A stretch of DNA of 64,000 bases from Leucoraja erinacea. Its lineage: Eukaryota. Under the pieces are notes generated by a model. The model was given only the letters and a program-made list of their open reading frames with translations. It made no database searches and was not told the origin of the DNA. The position numbers were made by a program, and so were the translations under genes. The stretch is from contig NC_073381.1 in NCBI RefSeq assembly GCF_028641065.1, positions 69,006,001-69,070,000 on the forward strand, in the 5' to 3' direction. Shown piece after piece: positions 62,032 to 64,000 of the stretch; within the stretch, counting starts at the first letter, position 1; every line of letters begins with the position of its first letter.

Positions 62032-63875
62032 CATTCCCAAAAGAGTTTATAAATACATAAGGGGAAAAAGGGTAACTAGAGAGAGAGTGGGACCTCTCAG
62101 GAATCAAACTGGTCACCTCTGTGTGGAGCCACAGGAGATGAGCAATGTCCTCAATGAATATTTCTCCTCTGTATTTACCGAGGAGAAAGAGTAGGACGGA
62201 GGAAATTGGAGCAGTCACTGGAAGTGTCATGGGAGCAGTCAGGGTTACTGTCGAAGAAGTACTGAAGGTACTGTTATGTTTGAAGGTAGACAAATCTCCA
62301 GGACCTGACCAGATTTATCCGAGGACATTGCGGGAAACTAGAGAGGAAATTGCAGGAGCCCTGGTTGAAATTTTATGAGTCGTCCTTAAATACAGGAGAG
62401 GTGCCAGAGGATTGGAGGGAGGCAAATGTTGTGCCTCTTTTCAAGAAGGGCTGCAGGGAAAATGCTGGGAACTATAGGCCGGTGAGCTTAACATCTGTAG
62501 TTGGTAAGTTACTGGAGAGTATTCTGAGGGATAGGTTATACAGGCATTTGGATGGGCAAGGGCTGATTAGGGACAGTCAGCATGGTTTTGTACGTGGGAG
62601 TTCGTGTCTCACAAATCTGATTGATTTTTTTGAAGACGTGAGCAAAAAGGTTGATGAGGGCAAAGCTGTAGATGTTGTGTACATGGACTTCAGTAAGGCG
62701 TTCGACAATGTGCCGCCGCATGGTAGGCTGCTCTGGAAGGTTAGATCTCATGGGATCCAAGGAGAGATAGCTGAAATGCTGAATGGATAGCAAATTGGCT
62801 CTGTGGAAGGAAGCAGAGGGTGATGGTGGAAGGTTGCTTCTCAGAATGGAGGCCTGTGACTAGTGGTGTGCCACATGGTTCAATGCTGGGCCCGTTACTG
62901 CTGATCATCTACATCAATGATTTGGATGAGAACATACAGGGCAAGATTCGCAAGTTTACTGATGATACAAAAGTTAGTGGTTTTGCAGATAATGAAGATG
63001 GTTGTGAATGATTGCAGCAGGATCTGGATTGATTGGCCAGGTGGTCAGAGGAATAGATGGAATTTAATACAGAGAAGTGTGAGGTGTTGCATTTTGGGAA
63101 GTCGAACAAGGGCAGGACCTACACAGTAAATGGTAGGCCTCTGGGCAGTGTTGTAGAACAGAGGGATCTAGGAATACAAGCACATATTTCCTTGAAGGTC
63201 CAGTAGCAGGTAGATAAGGTGGTCAAAAAGGCATTTGGCACTTTGGCCTACATCAGTCAGAGTATTGAGTATAGAGAAGGTCATGTTGAAGTTGTATAAG
63301 ACATTGGTGAGACCGCATTTAGAATATTATATTCAGTTCTAGGCCCCATGTTATAGGAAAGATATTGGCAAGCTTGAAAGGGTTCAGAAAAGATTTACGA
63401 GGATGTTGACAGGACTAGAGGGTGTGAGCTATAGGAAGAGGTTAAGTTGGCTGGATCTCTATTCCATGAAGTATAGGAAGATGAGGGGAGATCTTATGGA
63501 GGCATATAAAATTATGAGAGGAATAGATCAGGTAGATGCACATAGTCTTTTACCCAGAGTAGGGGATTCGAGGACCAGAGGACATAGGTTCAAGGTGAAG
63601 GCGGAACGATTTAATAGGAATCTGAGGGGTAACTTTTTCACACAGAGGGTGGTGGGTGTATGGAACAAGCTGCCAGAGGAGGTAGTTGAGGCTGGGACTA
63701 TCCCATTGTTTAAGAAACAGTTGGACAATTACATGGATAAGACAGGTTTGGAGGGTTATGGATCGCACGCATGCAAGTGGGACTAGTGTAGCTGGGACAT
63801 TGTTGGCCCGTGTGTGCGAGTTGGGCCGAAGGGCCTGTTCCCACACTGTATCAGTCTATGACTCTATGACTCTGT
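62032..63875 (+). mobile_element. CR1 LINE (second subfamily, HER1-like tail), 5'-truncated, with stops and frameshifts
   Basis: [42 protein letters not shown] and FFTQRVVGVWNKLP. The tail gggccgaagggcctgtt is shared with the V-SINE tails. It sits between (att/atg)n microsatellite flanks. Confidence 0.95.
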
Positions 63876-63895
63876 GATTATGATGATGATTATGA

Positions 63896-64000
63896 AATGT
63901 TGGGATAGTCCCAGCCTCAACTATCTCTTCAGGCAGTTTGTTCCATACACTCACCACTCTTTGCGTGAAAATGTTACCACTCAGATTCCTATTAAATCTT
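63896..64000 (-). mobile_element. CR1 fragment running off the window end
   Basis: Reverse complement of the 63607-63710 type sequence. Confidence 0.85.

Overview
Repeat-rich vertebrate non-coding DNA (intronic or intergenic). I infer a cartilaginous fish, probably a skate or ray, from the pairing of HE1-type V-SINEs with CR1/HER1-type LINEs. I found no host protein-coding exon, RNA gene or CRISPR array that I can support; the long ORFs are retroelement remnants, their antisense shadows or low-complexity sequence. Contents: many CR1 LINE pieces (longest at ~18.0-20.2 kb, 56.7-58.6 kb and 62.0-63.9 kb), Rex1/Babar LINE pieces, Penelope-like element (PLE) remnants with RT and GIY-YIG sequence, and about 20 short PLE terminal-repeat copies carrying a minimal hammerhead-ribozyme motif, often as head-to-head fold-backs. 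Also present: about 10 tRNA-derived V-SINEs, two solo LTRs with 5-bp TSDs inside CR1s, two PIF/Harbinger-like MITEs, a candidate non-autonomous Helitron, ancient SINE relics (LF-SINE-like, Deu-SINE-like, AmnSINE2-like), repeat-poor blocks that may hold enhancers, and three assembly gaps. Most worth a second look: the hammerhead-bearing PLE-derived mini-elements and the LF-SINE-like copy. Family names come from my memory of consensus sequences and were not checked by search. Boundaries are approximate unless a TSD is given.
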